Shown: piece after piece, positions 1-19,764 of the stretch | How the letters are laid out: each line of letters starts with the position of its first letter | How positions within the stretch are numbered: position 1 is the stretch's first letter | Source of the DNA: Eledone cirrhosa | Lineage: Eukaryota | Assembly: GCA_964016885.1 (NCBI GenBank) | Contig: OZ024741.1 | Span: forward strand, 189,658,001 to 189,722,000 | Length of the DNA: 64,000 nucleotides | Direction of reading: 5' to 3' | Made by a program: the position numbers and the translations under genes | The notes under the pieces: model-generated | Database searches by the model: none | What the model was told of the DNA's origin: nothing | The model's input: the letters and a program-made list of their open reading frames with translations, nothing else

Positions 1-2030
1 ATGTAATATGTTAATAAATTGTGTTTTGATGCATCACTGATTCCTCGTTATCCATAATACATATATATAAGGAAAAGAAATTGAAAATGCAACTGGAGTC
101 ATTTAAGAATATTTATTTATTTTACCGGTTTCACAGTTCTTATGATTTTCAAAAGTAAAATTGAGATGGGGGTTTGTGTTTCTGCGAAATAAACCACAAC
201 AACCATCCAGATGTAGAAAACTTGCAAACGAAGGATCCGGGAGATTCTTCAGCAATATAAGCCAGTTCAAAAATGACCGAAAATGCATAGCATTTTGGGA
301 AGGAGTGTGAATGATGAAAATGAAAGAATAGATGAACAAGAAGCAGAAGGGAGATAGATATAGAATATAGGAATACAGAGATGGGGGGAGAGAAGGCATC
401 TGTAGATCGTTTGTGTAGTTTTACGGACAGCAACTAGACATCGGTCCAGATTGTAGAGTATACAGACAACTGTAGAGTGGTAGTGTAGGCATGTAGGTAC
501 AGCAGTAGAACAGTAATACAGATGCTTATTCCACAAGCAGTGGTAGAGCTGGGATTTTGATTGTCCGGAGAGCAGTAGAACAAGGATGTGAAGATTGTGA
601 GAGCAACAATAGAATAAATACAACAGTAGATTTTATATTAATTAGACAGAGGACAGCCATATGATCGAAATAGTTTATGTTCAGTTTGAAGCTCCAAATG
701 TCAACATATTTAAGAAGAAAGTAGATTGGGTGGAAATTCCAGAGCCTAGTAATTCTGGGGATAGGAATTATTGATTAAAATGTTTTATGAAATGTTCGGG
801 CAAACAACATACGAATTTTCTGTCAATTCTAGTACAGATTTTGCAGTGGTACATGCAGGGCCTCTAAGAGAAATTTTACATGGTGGTACAAGACTCTTTT
901 GGGGCCCGAAGCAGGCTAAGATCTTTCACAAAATGAATGTTGCATGGTTGCTGTGGGGCTTTCTTTGGCTCTTTGACCTCGGTACAAAGTACCGACTGGA
1001 CACCCCGCCTCTCATAGGTCCTGGGTACATGTGTGAGTTAGACATGAAAGACCGTTAGAGATTGTGACGATCGATTTTGAGAGTGTTAGCCGTGTGTTGT
1101 TCTTGATTAAGGGGGCTGCAACACCTTCCCTTAAAATGAGTGGTAATTGTGTTTCTATGCTGTTTAGTCCTAGACCAGTACGGGTCGGGTGGACTTAGGA
1201 TTAAAGGTATTCCAGCCATGATTTGTGTTTCTTTTTCCAGGCATATAGTATCTGGACGTTTTCTTTTTATTAAACGGAGGAATGAATTTTGAGATTTAGC
1301 TGTTACTTCTAGCAAATCGAAGGACCATATAGAGGCGCCTTCGTTGGATCGTCATGTCTCCGCTGATGAATGTATTTAGATGGGGTTATTGTTAATGGGA
1401 ACAATGCAGCTTTGCCATGAACTGTCTATGTTTTGTGAATATATGCTAACTGTATGCTGAAGGTTAGGAACGAACGAAAGATGGTATCATTTTTATAGGA
1501 ATGCGAACTTTTATAGGAATCAGTAACATACAAAATGAACAGTCTTGAAACAGTATTAGAGATATAACAGATCTTTGGAGTACATCACAGTTGATAAAAT
1601 GGCGATGGAAGAGAATCACGTTAGCACCCAATTCAATGGAACGGTCTAACGGTCTTCCGATCAAACAAGATGACAGGTTGGCGGAAGCTAAAGATAAGCA
1701 ACTTATCTAGGAGGTATTTATGTCAGACATGGACCAAAGATTTTGCAGCTGTGAAAGCTACCAACATTGCTTTCATCGACACTGTAAAGAGCAAAGGACT
1801 ACAGGTGTTTGGTGCTGGCCCGTCATCGGGTGCTGGGTGGGCACTCTACTTCACATTAACTTTAAGGCGGAATTTCGGAATAAGCATATACCTGGAAATC
1901 TGAGGCTATACCACTGAAAAGTAAGAGACAGTGCCATCCAGTATCCACCCTCGTCGACGGGCTCGGTTTGATAAGAAAAAAAGCATAATACTGATGGAGG
2001 AAGGAGCGGCTTTTTGTAAGTGTCTCTATT
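1..2030 (-). mobile_element. Degenerate Penelope-like retroelement remnant (tentative)
   Basis: On the minus strand: a decayed coding-like region with weak RT/GIY-YIG-like fragments (YMLIPKFR ~1880; LPEHFIKHFNQ* ~770-800), then a CT-rich tract (300-630), then a hammerhead-like motif at 118-257. Protein similarity is weak and judged by eye. Confidence 0.35.
118..257 (-). ncRNA. Hammerhead ribozyme-like motif with long stem II insert
   Basis: Minus strand UAUUG-CUGAAGA-(113 nt)-GAAA-CCGG-UA-AAAUA. Palindromic CCGG stem III with a GUA site; stem I has one mismatch and stem II pairing is unclear. Confidence 0.35.
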
Positions 2031-2068
2031 ACCTTTGAAGTAAAACGATTAACTTGTAAGATAACAAC

Positions 2069-2071
<3 letters not shown>

Positions 2072-2140
<69 letters not shown>
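2072..2140. repeat. (GA)n microsatellite
   Basis: About 30 GA units seen directly. Confidence 0.95.
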
Positions 2141-2142
<2 letters not shown>

Positions 2143-2619
2143 TTCAGCTGAGTCAGAGGTTTTTCTCTTCTCGAGAAAGGAACACACTGTTGCATGTGCC
2201 CATATATTTATCAAATGTGATGTGTATAAAAACATATCAATGAAACCTGCAATATCATTAATACATGATGTTACAACTGTCCTTTGTAATGTGCAGTTTG
2301 ATTAAATGCAGTGTACATTATGGTCAATGGGCGCAGCATAGCCAAACGTTTAAGAAGTTCGCTTTATAATATTGAGTAGGGCCGACGCTATTATTAATCC
2401 AACTAAGCAGCCACATAACGCACAGAACTCAGATGGGCGCATTGCTAAACTTTAAAAGGTGACTGTAGACTGTGTTCTAGAAAATGGAGGCTTAGTGGTC
2501 AGAGCAAGAAGTGTCCTGAACATGGTTCGTCAGCTTGCTATATTGTAATTTGAAATTATTCTATTTGGGAAATCTAGGATTCTATTTGGGGCTAATCTAG
2601 GAAGCTAAATATTCATGTG

Positions 2620-2910
2620 CCGACTTTGATTATGAGGTTCCGGGTTCGAATTTCAAGCATGACATCTCCGGCAAATGACATAGCTTTGGGTCGACTTGAG
2701 CTTTGAGAGTGAAATTGGTTAAGTAGAATCAGGTCGTCGGATGGACTGTATCCAAACCACCAACCCTCTGACGCGCTGTCACGCGTTGATTGTGCCTAAG
2801 AATTACGTTAAGAGTGCACGTGCTTCTAGAATATCTAGACTCGTTAATTTAACAAGCTGTTCCGTTGATTGAATAATGGGTACATTGATCGTTGAAATCC
2901 ACAGATGTCC
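2620..2910 (+). mobile_element. Old tRNA-derived SINE remnant
   Basis: B-box-like GGTTCGAAT at ~2643; body similar to 53330-53590. Confidence 0.45.
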
Positions 2911-4251
2911 ATTTGCTTACAGTACGGTCAAATACTGTAAGAGCAGCTATTTGAAGTTGCAATATGGGCGTATGTAGGATGTATCTGGCCTTCAGTTATG
3001 GTCGCATCAAGAAGATGCAACTAAAATCACAAGGTGCAGTAGTTAATCAGAAAGTGGAGCATTTAAGAGCAGCAGATCAAAAACCTGTGCTATACAAACA
3101 ATATCGAGTAAGCAGCGGAGAAAGGAGGAAGGTGTGTGCAGCAAGATTCTTCGTCGAAAAGTGAGTGTGTCTGTGCATGTGTGTGTATGTGTGTGCATGT
3201 GTGTGTGTGAGCAAAAGAGTGCAACACAAACACTTGATTGATGCAGTAGTGTCTTTTAGACACGTAGCTTATGTAAAAACCAGAATCGTGAAGGAGCAGT
3301 TGGAAAGCAGCCTTTCGCGTCAGGTGAACAATGCTGCTATAGATGACTGATCAACCGGAGAAAGGGGGAAGGTGTGAGAAACAGAGATGAGGGGAGAGGA
3401 AGAGGAAGAATATAAGAGAGAAATTATGTAAAAGACAAATTGAGTGTGAGAGGGAGGTGTGTGTGTGTGTGTAAGGAGTGAGTGTGTGAGTGTGTATGTG
3501 TGTGTGTATGTAAGGGAGTAAGTGTGTATGTGAGCGAGAGGAAGAGAGAATTTATGAAAGAGAAGGAGATTTTGTGTAAGGGAGAGATGTGTGTGTGTCA
3601 GAAAGAAAGAGTGTATATGTTAGAGAGAAAATACGTGTGTGTGTGTGCGTTTAAAGAAAAAGGTGTGTAAAAGAGAGGGGGTGAAGGGGAAAATGTGTAA
3701 GAGAGAGGAGGGTGGAGGGGAAAATGTGTAAGAGAGAAAAAGTGCGTGTGTGTGTATATGTGAGGGAGAGAAAGAAGGTTGGTGTAAAGGAGAAAAGGTG
3801 TAAGAGAGACGGAGAGAGAGTTGTGCAGCAGAAAGAGGCAGGCAGTAGATGTGCAGTGAATGTGCAGTAGAAGTAGCGTTAGTAGCGCGGCCTTTGGTTT
3901 TGTTTTACTTGAGTAGTGGCTGGTGGTCGCCTTACAGTCAAGGGCTTTCAGTATTAGTGGACAGTGCCTGTAGAAGATACATAACAACCAACCTTACTTA
4001 CTAGCTGCTGGCTTTAGTACTGTTAGTATACATAGATGTATAGTGTGTAGAGAGAGAAGTGTGTAGACAAAATTGAAGACAGACAGACAGGCACACAGAA
4101 AGGAAAAAGTCTTACAAAGAGTGCGATATGGCTTTGATGAAGGTTTGTTGACACACAAATATACACATACATTTACATATAGATATAAACATTCACATAC
4201 ACACATAGACATCTACTCATTAGACATACATATATACACATACAAATATAA

Positions 4252-4302
<51 letters not shown>

Positions 4303-5655
4303 TATAGATATATATACATAAACACGCACACATAAATATACATGCGCATACATACACGCACTTGTTAGTGCCTATCGCATGACACGCGCGTGGGAGAAAG
4401 AAAGAGTGAGAGAGACTATAACAGAGAACGAGTGTTAGAATGTACGTAAATATGAATCTATGTGTGTGTGTATGAACCGGGGAAAAAGTATTGAAACGTA
4501 GTTTTGTAGTATTTTTTCTTTACACAAACACACATATTATACATATATGCATATACATGTAAACACACATATACATTAGTGTCATTTGTCTTGTGGTTAC
4601 TTCGCTTAAAATACACACACACTTCCACATACACATATATATATACATATACTCAGGCATACACACAAGCATATATTTACATACATATGTACTTACAGTG
4701 TCGTATGTTTCATTGGTTATGCTTGAAGAAAAACTAATTTTTTAGTCACAGAATCCCCCTCCTTCACTGTCTGGAATTGTTTCATTTTTTTCTTTCTTTC
4801 TCCCTCTTTTTATCTCTTAATTAGCTTTAAATTCATTACACAAACAATTAGGAAGCAACAATCGTTGAGTAGAGAGAGGCAAAATAAGAAACAATAACAA
4901 CAAAAACAACAACAACTACAACACTCATTGATAAAACGAAAAGAAATAAGAATAAAATATATTCAACACAAAGAAAGAAAAGAAATTATTTTTAAACAAA
5001 GAAATTATTTTGTTTTTTGTTTTAAAACGGCACGGAAGAATAATTAAAATATATTTAGATAGCTACACGGATGATAGCAACAGGATATTAGAATTGAACC
5101 AGGAAACCGAAAGTGTCAAGTGACAATGTGAGATAGAGTAACAGCTAAAATAACAAGCAAAAGCGAAAAACAAATTAAGCACACTCCGGAATTTACCGAT
5201 TCGATCTTCGTTCCTTACCAATCATTGTCACACTATCGATAAAGAAGTCTCTATTGTGGAGATTATATACATATATATATATTCTACCGTTTGTTGACCA
5301 TTACACAGATTTAACGATCTCTTCACCCACAGATATATATACACACGCATATATACATACACAAACATATTTGTAATAATAATAATTGATTCCATTCACA
5401 CACCCGTTGTAAATAAATATATACATGTATAATAAACACATCTCTCTCTATATATATATCGACAGTTAGATAGATAGGTCGATAGTTAAATCTATATATA
5501 TATATATATATATATATATTGATAGATATAATTCTAACGAATTCTTCCCATCAACAACTCTTGTGGATTATTTACCAATTCTGTCATGCCACTGTTCAGT
5601 AGAAAACACGAAGCTGACAAGAAACATAACAGAGAGTCGGATATAAAAAAATGTT

Positions 5656-5686
5656 ATGAGTTCAAACAAACTCTGGGAACGTAAGT
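5656..5686 (+). other. Candidate end of a host-gene first exon (ATG AGT TCA AAC AAA CTC TGG GAA C|GTAAGT)
   Basis: Consensus GTAAGT donor at 5681 after about 0.8 kb of non-repeat, UTR-like sequence; ATG at 5656 would give MSSNKLWE. No downstream exon identified. Confidence 0.3.
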
Positions 5687-5719
5687 AAAACCAATTCTTT
5701 CTTTCATTAATTTCATTTC

Positions 5720-5803
5720 ATTAATATTTATATTGTATAATTTCGTTATTTATATATATATATATATATATAAATAACGAAATTATACAATATAAATATT
5801 AAT
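5720..5803. repeat. Perfect inverted duplication centred on (TA)n
   Basis: ATTAATATTTATATTGTATAATTTCGTTATT-(TA)n-AATAACGAAATTATACAATATAAATATTAAT. Confidence 0.9.
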
Positions 5804-6465
5804 ATATATATATATATATATGATTGTCCATTCTATATCGACGAATTTACCCAATGTCTTTTCTTCCTTTAAGTCTTAAGCTTTTTTTTTTTGTGTGTGT
5901 GTGTAAATCTTCAAAATACTTCTGTAAAGGGTCAGTTAGATTTAATCTGGTGTATGTGTTGTTTAGGCTATTAGGTCAATTCTGATCAAGCAGACCCTGC
6001 AATAACAATCCCGTATTGCTGTTTAAAGTGAACTACATTTATTTAATCAATTTAAACGTCCGTATAGAGCTAGTAAGCCAAGACAGACAAGGAGGTGTTT
6101 AGTGCCCCTTACAGTCAGAGATTAAAAAAAAAAAAAAAAAAGTGAGGCCAACGAGAAGCAAAAGTAGCGAAAATGAGATTTGAAAAAAAAGTTGAAAACA
6201 TAGGCAGCTATAAAGCTTCTTTCTGTATTCAAGACGGTCGGCTGTAATTTGAAAGAAATTTGGCAGCTTTACTGTTTGGGTTCTTCAGTATATCATAATA
6301 AAGATAATCGGGTTATCTAGGGTTGAGGGCGAGTGCTTTCTTTTAGTCTATCTCCTATAGAACCGTTCATATTTATTTTGAGAGTCACTGACCAGTCATG
6401 TACTGAGAATTTATTATAATCCACTATGATTCCCCCTCCACCACTTCACAATTTGTATCCTTAAA

Positions 6466-6668
6466 CTGGCAATATCGATGGAGTGTCAGACAAAATACCT
6501 TACGGTAGTTGTTCCGACTCGTTGCGTTGTGAGTTCGAATCCTGCCGAGATCAACTTTACTTTTCGTCCTTTCAGAGTCGAAAAATCAAGCACCAATCAA
6601 GTACTGGGATCGATATAATTGACATTATCCTCCTCCATAATTGCTGGCCTTCTGTCTAAATTAAAAAC
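6466..6668 (+). mobile_element. tRNA-derived SINE, family A (older subfamily)
   Basis: B-box GAGTTCGAATCC, body GCCGAGATCAACTTTAC...GTCGAAAAAT, 3' ATTGCTGGCCTT. Confidence 0.7.
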
Positions 6669-7001
6669 TACAAGTAGTTATAGTAGTGGTGGTGGTGGTG
6701 GTGGTGGTATTTCCCAACTTATTTTAGAAGGATTCTTCCTGTTTTATAGAACATAGGTACATATATATTCACTTAGATAAGACACACATATGAACCACAC
6801 ACTCATGTATGTACACTACATACAGACACACACACATATATATATACACCATACATACATATATACACCACATTCGCCATACACGCTAGCTTTGTTTATA
6901 AACACAATTTCCGTTTGTTTTATGTATAGTTGTATAAATAATGTTACGAAGTGTTTATAATTCTTTCAGAATGAAAATATAGACATATAATAAAGCATAT
7001 A

Positions 7002-7037
<36 letters not shown>

Positions 7038-7040
<3 letters not shown>

Positions 7041-7142
7041 GTTTCTACATTTGGCACAAGGCCAGCAATAACCTAGTGCATTACTGGTACTTTATTTTAT
7101 CGACCCCGTAAGGATGAAAGGCAAAGTCAACCTCGGCGGGAT
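7038..7142 (-). mobile_element. 5'-truncated SINE family A
   Basis: Reverse complement of CCCGCCGAGGTTGACTTTGCCTTTCATCCTTACGGGGTCGATAAAATAAAGTACCAG...GTAGAAACAAT. Confidence 0.85.
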
Positions 7143-7204
7143 ATATATAATGCACGTATATCTATATAGAAAAATGTCTGTACATATATACTGAATGTAT
7201 ATGG

Positions 7205-7245
<41 letters not shown>

Positions 7246-7260
7246 TATATGTGTGTGTGT

Positions 7261-7430
7261 ATCAATATCATGGCTAAGTAATGGGTCTTGTTACACTCAT
7301 GTTTCATCTTTGTACTCAGGGGATCGTGAGTACACATGTGAAACTCCAGAGTAACGAGACTTAAACGATAATAATGAATATTTAGGCTCTACTTCGGTAT
7401 TGAGTACTTTTCTCACATCTATCAATATCA
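7261..7430 (+). mobile_element. Short Penelope-pLTR-like fragment with the 3' half of a hammerhead
   Basis: Hairpin TGTACTCA/TGAGTACA, then GAAA-CTC-CA-GAG-TA (7340-7353); inverted 5' segment; GAGTACT at 7402; ATCAATATCA direct repeat at both ends. Confidence 0.5.
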
Positions 7431-10679
<3,249 letters not shown>

Positions 10680-10680
<1 letters not shown>

Positions 10681-10800
10681 TCGTTTCTGAATTTGTTTAG
10701 CAAGATTCTTTATCTGAAATCGTGTGTTGAAACCGATATTGTTATACTTTGGGGGGGTCATGTTGCCAATAAGAAACACACGCACCAGTTGCTTTCACTT
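10680..10800. repeat. Dispersed repeat, also at 38185-38420 and (reverse) 36810-36995
   Basis: Shared TGAAATCGTGTGTYGAAAC..ATATTGTTATACT..G.G.GGGTCAT sequence; class unknown. Confidence 0.6.
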
Positions 10801-10802
10801 CA

Positions 10803-10978
10803 CCTAATTTGCATATCGAGTGAGTTAATCGGCCAGGGTTCCGAAAACGATAAACGGAAAAAATGAAACGAAATTTAATTTCCGACTCTTAGTACGACTG
10901 AATGAAATTTCGTTTCATTTTTTCCGTTTATCGTTTTCGGAACCCTGGCCGATTAACTCACTCGATATGCAAATTAGG
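10803..10978. repeat. Inverted repeat with about 74-bp arms
   Basis: CCTAATTTGCATATCGAGTGAGTTAATCGGCCAGGGTTCCGAAAACG... at 10803-10876 and its reverse complement at ~10905-10978. Confidence 0.92.
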
Positions 10979-11040
10979 CTGCTCAGCCGTTAATGTGCAT
11001 AAGGAAAGTTTATACTTTCAGACGTTCAACCATCTGGCAG

Positions 11041-11097
11041 GAAGGTATACGTTGCTGACGATAGCTAATAACCTTGAAACTAGTACAGCGTTCCTTT
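11041..11097 (+). ncRNA. Minimal type I hammerhead ribozyme motif
   Basis: CGUUG-CUGACGA-(14 nt, weak stem II)-GAAA-CUAG-UA-CAGCG; stem I extends via GAAGG/CCUUU; palindromic CUAG stem III; GUA site. Confidence 0.7.
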
Positions 11098-11489
11098 GTT
11101 AGGGTTGAACAAATGAGCAATGATGGTTGCTGGACACTACGGCTTAATACGGGATGTTTGTTTACAAACACACCGAGCATTATAATAAATGTTCGGTGAA
11201 TCGATACATATATATATATGTGTGCATGTATGTATATATCTATATACATACTGCTGTACGTCTGTATACATATATGTATGTACGTATCCATACTTATATA
11301 TATGTATATATGTAAATGTATATATGTGTATATATGTGTATGTATATATATATGTATATTTATATATATATGTATATATATATATGTATATATATATGTG
11401 TATATATATATATATGTATATATATATGTATATATATATATGTGTATATATATGTGTATATATATGTGTATATATATGTATATAGTTTA

Positions 11490-11700
11490 CAGTTTACTCA
11501 CCTGTAGAAATCAGATGATAGGGACTCCACTGCAAAGTGGTCGTGGAGGTGTCACAGCAAAAAAGCACCCAGCACTCTCTGTAAATGAGGTTGGTGTTAG
11601 GAAGGGCATCCAGCTGTAGAAATCAAGCGAGAATCAGTTCCCGTCCCACCCTTGCAAGCAGGGAAAAAGCGGATGTAAAATGAAATGAAAAATGAAATGA
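11490..11700 (+). mobile_element. SINE-like element with RTE-type 3' end
   Basis: CACTGTAAATG.GGTTGGTGTTAGGAAGGGCATCCA.CTGTAGAAA is shared with the RTE 3' UTR (17288-17335); near-identical copy at 33170-33387. Confidence 0.7.
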
Positions 11701-12046
11701 AATATATGTATATATATATATGTATATATATGTATATATATATATATGTATATGTATATATATATATGTATATATATATATATGTATATATATATATGTA
11801 TGTATATATATATGTATGTATATATATATGTATGTATATATATATGTATGTATATATATATGTATGTATATATATATGTATGTATATATATATGTATGTA
11901 TATATATATGTATATATATATATGTATATATGTATGTATATATATATGTATGTATATATGTATGTATATATATATTTATGTATATATATATATGTATGTA
12001 TATATATATGTATATGTATATGTATATATATATGTATATGTATATA

Positions 12047-12097
<51 letters not shown>

Positions 12098-12354
12098 AAA
12101 TATATATATATATATATGTGTGTGTAAATATATATATATGTGTGTGTGTATATATATATGTATATATATATATGTGTGTGTGTATATATATATGTATATA
12201 TATATATGTGTGTGTGTGTATATAAATATATGTATATATATATATGTGTGTGTGTGTATATATATATATATGTATATATATATATGTGTGTGTGTATATA
12301 TATATATGTATATATATATATGTGTGTGTGTATATATATATGTATATATATGTG

Positions 12355-12385
<31 letters not shown>

Positions 12386-12386
12386 A

Positions 12387-12437
<51 letters not shown>

Positions 12438-12646
12438 GTGTGTGTAAATATATATATATGTGTGTGTGTAAATATATATATATGTGTGTGTAAATATATA
12501 TGTTTGTGTGTAAATATATATATATATATATGTGTGTGTGTAATTATATATATATATGTATGTGTGTAAATATATATATATATGTGTGTGTAAATATATA
12601 TCTATATGTGTGTGTGTAAATATATATAAATGTGTATATATATATC

Positions 12647-12680
<34 letters not shown>
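11701..12680. repeat. Compound (TA)n/(TG)n microsatellite
   Basis: Seen directly. Confidence 0.95.
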
Positions 12681-17463
<4,783 letters not shown>

Positions 17464-17806
17464 ATATATATATATATATTTAAGTAAGTAAGTAAATATA
17501 TATATATTTAAGTAAGTAAGTAAAAAAAATTTTTTTTTAATTTTTTTAAAAGGATTTTCTTATTTTACGTCTTTTATATATATATATATATAAATATCAC
17601 ACTTATAATTTCTAATGTGTATTTTTATATTTCATGTAACGCAATAAGAAGTGGTCAAATCACTCAGAGAGTGAGTGAATGACAGAAGGTGTTTTAAAGT
17701 GAGAATCTCTCTCTCTCACTTTCTCTTATATTTTACACCCATAAATACATATACACGCACACATCTATGTATATATATTTATATATTTTATGTATGTGTT
17801 TAGTAA

Positions 17807-18040
17807 TTTGTAGAGAATATAAGTTGTATTAAAGTATATAAGCCAGTAAATCAAATATATTGCTGTGAGTTCATATTGTCTGCACATCATGTAGGTTTCT
17901 TTTTCATATATTTCTATATATGTCAATATATAGAAATATATGAAAAGGAAACCTACATGATGTGCAGACAATATGAACTCACAGCAATATATTTGATTTA
18001 CTGGCTTATATACTTTAATACAACTTATATTCTCTACAAA
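17807..18040. repeat. Near-perfect hairpin with about 115-bp arms
   Basis: TTTGTAGAGAATATAAGTTG...TTTCTATATA and its reverse complement, separated by a spacer of a few nt. Confidence 0.92.
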
Positions 18041-18259
18041 ATAGTGACCCCCAACAAACAAACACACACATAGCTCCTACATGATTTTAAAAAATGTGAG
18101 CTACGAATCAGCTCCCAAAGTAATAAGCTAAGACAAATTTGGGACAGCAGAGTACAGCATTTCCATAAAGATTTGAACCAGTACCAAATTGGAATAAAAC
18201 ATTATTTAGTGACTCAAATATTTTGTAATCTATGTGTATGGTGTATAGCAAATCATTTA

Positions 18260-18796
18260 CTGTATATACTCGAATATAAGCCAACCACCTCTATTTTATG
18301 TCTGAGAAATAGGCAAAAATCTAAACCCTGTTTATAAACCAAGGCAGCTAATCAACTCATTGTTTACATGGCATATATGATGTGAAGGTGCATGGCTTAG
18401 TGATTAGAGCATTGGGCTTGCAATTAAGAGGTTGTGAGTTCGATTCTCGGACTGAGTGATGTGTTGTGTCCTTGAGCAAGACACTTTATTTCACGTTGGT
18501 CCAGTTTACTCAGCTGTAGCAATGGGTTGCAACATCACTGGTGCAAAGCTGTAGCGATCATTGCCTTTCCTTTGGACAACATCGGTGACATGGAGAGGGG
18601 AGAATGGTATGCATGGGTGACTGCTGGTCTTCCAGAAAACAAACCTTGCCCAAGCTTATCCCTCGGAGGGAAACTTTCTTGGTGCAAATCCATGGTTATT
18701 CATGACCAAGTGGGGCCTAATATTATATGACAACCTCCCATTTTGCCATCAATATTTTGGTCACATATACCTCGGCTTATATTCCAGGATATACAA
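18260..18796. mobile_element. Tc1/mariner-superfamily MITE with a nested SINE
   Basis: TA-flanked imperfect TIRs CTGTATATACTCGAATATAAGCC / GGCTTATATTCCAGGATATACAA. Confidence 0.6.
18381..18722 (+). mobile_element. tRNA-derived SINE, family B (V-domain-like)
   Basis: A-box TGGCTTAGTGA, B-box GAGTTCGATTC, GTGTCCTTGAGCAAGACACTT. Other copies: 38961-39298 (+), 40405-40740 (-), 58990-59137 (+), 24545-24690 (+), 42553-42690, 43885-44030 (-), 46150-46387 (-). Confidence 0.8.
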
Positions 18797-19077
18797 TATA
18801 TTAGAAATGTAGAAATACATTTATAATGTTTAAGCGATTTGAACTAATACTAGTTTAGTTATTTAATTTTTAAGTAAGATAAATATATTTCCCCTCATTA
18901 TTGGCAGCAAGACTCATTATTGACAAGCATGTGTGTGTATCATCATCATTTTACACCTGTTTTTCATTCCAACGAGTTGGACAGGTCATTACTTTATGAA
19001 ACTAGACTTGGCAGGGAATGTATGTATGTATATGTGTATATGTACATATGTATGTGCTTTTGTGTATATATGTATAT

Positions 19078-19342
19078 CTAAAGTCTAAAGTCTGTCTTAA
19101 GCCAGAGGACTCATTTGGCTGGTGCTTATCCCGGTTTCATGGCGTGAAGCGACTGAGAGTACAAGACTGCTCCCTGGACAGGATGCCGGTCCATCTGCAG
19201 GGTTAAACCTCCAGCTATTGCTGGTACTCATTTTCAGCTGAGTATACTGGAGCAGCGTGAAATGAAGTGTTTTGCTCAAGAACACAACCTGCAACCCAGG
19301 AATCGAACCCACAACATTATGATCCTAAGTCCAACACCCTTA
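19078..19342 (-). mobile_element. tRNA-derived V-SINE-like element with a different 3' tail
   Basis: Minus strand GGTTCGATTCC B-box, GTGTTCTTGAGCAAAACACTT, GATGGACCGGCATCCTGTCCAGGG, tail of (CTTTAGA)-like repeats. Confidence 0.7.
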
Positions 19343-19360
19343 CCATTAGACCACATGCCT

Positions 19361-19402
<42 letters not shown>

Positions 19403-19405
<3 letters not shown>

Positions 19406-19651
19406 TACGTTATTCCGGGTTGAATCGGAGGTAACCACAGTAAGTAAGGTACTCAATACATTGCAGAGTATAAAAGTTTTAATATAGATGAGATTCTACA
19501 GGACTAGAACTGTTTCATTCTTTAGAAATCATCAGGAATCTGGGTATCTCCTACCACTTGTAGAGACCTATAAATACCATATTTATTTTTTGATACCCAG
19601 ATTCCTGATGATTTCTAAAGAATGAAACAGTTCTAGTCCTGTAGAATCTCA

Positions 19652-19657
<6 letters not shown>
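19403..19657 (-). mobile_element. Non-coding foldback element with hammerhead in both arms (family H2)
   Basis: Arms ~19482-19548 and ~19592-19657; TATAAATACC at ~19569; flanked by (TA)n; homologous to 43285-43447. Confidence 0.75.
19599..19649 (+). ncRNA. Type I hammerhead ribozyme motif (identical inverted copy at 19491-19541, minus strand)
   Basis: AGAUUC-CUGAUGA-UUUCUAAAGAAU-GAAA-CAG-UUCUAGUC-CUG-UA-GAAUCU: 6-bp stem I, short stem II, 4-bp stem III, GUA site. Confidence 0.82.
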
Positions 19658-19700
<43 letters not shown>

Positions 19701-19764
19701 ACAAATGAATTTAATAGAGCAGCAATCAGCGATGGATTTTTTTATCAATTATAGTGCATGAAAA

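Noticed and set aside
18381-18455. tRNA gene-like A/B boxes here and at other SINE heads
   Set aside because: They continue into SINE bodies and lack a full cloverleaf; not tRNA genes.
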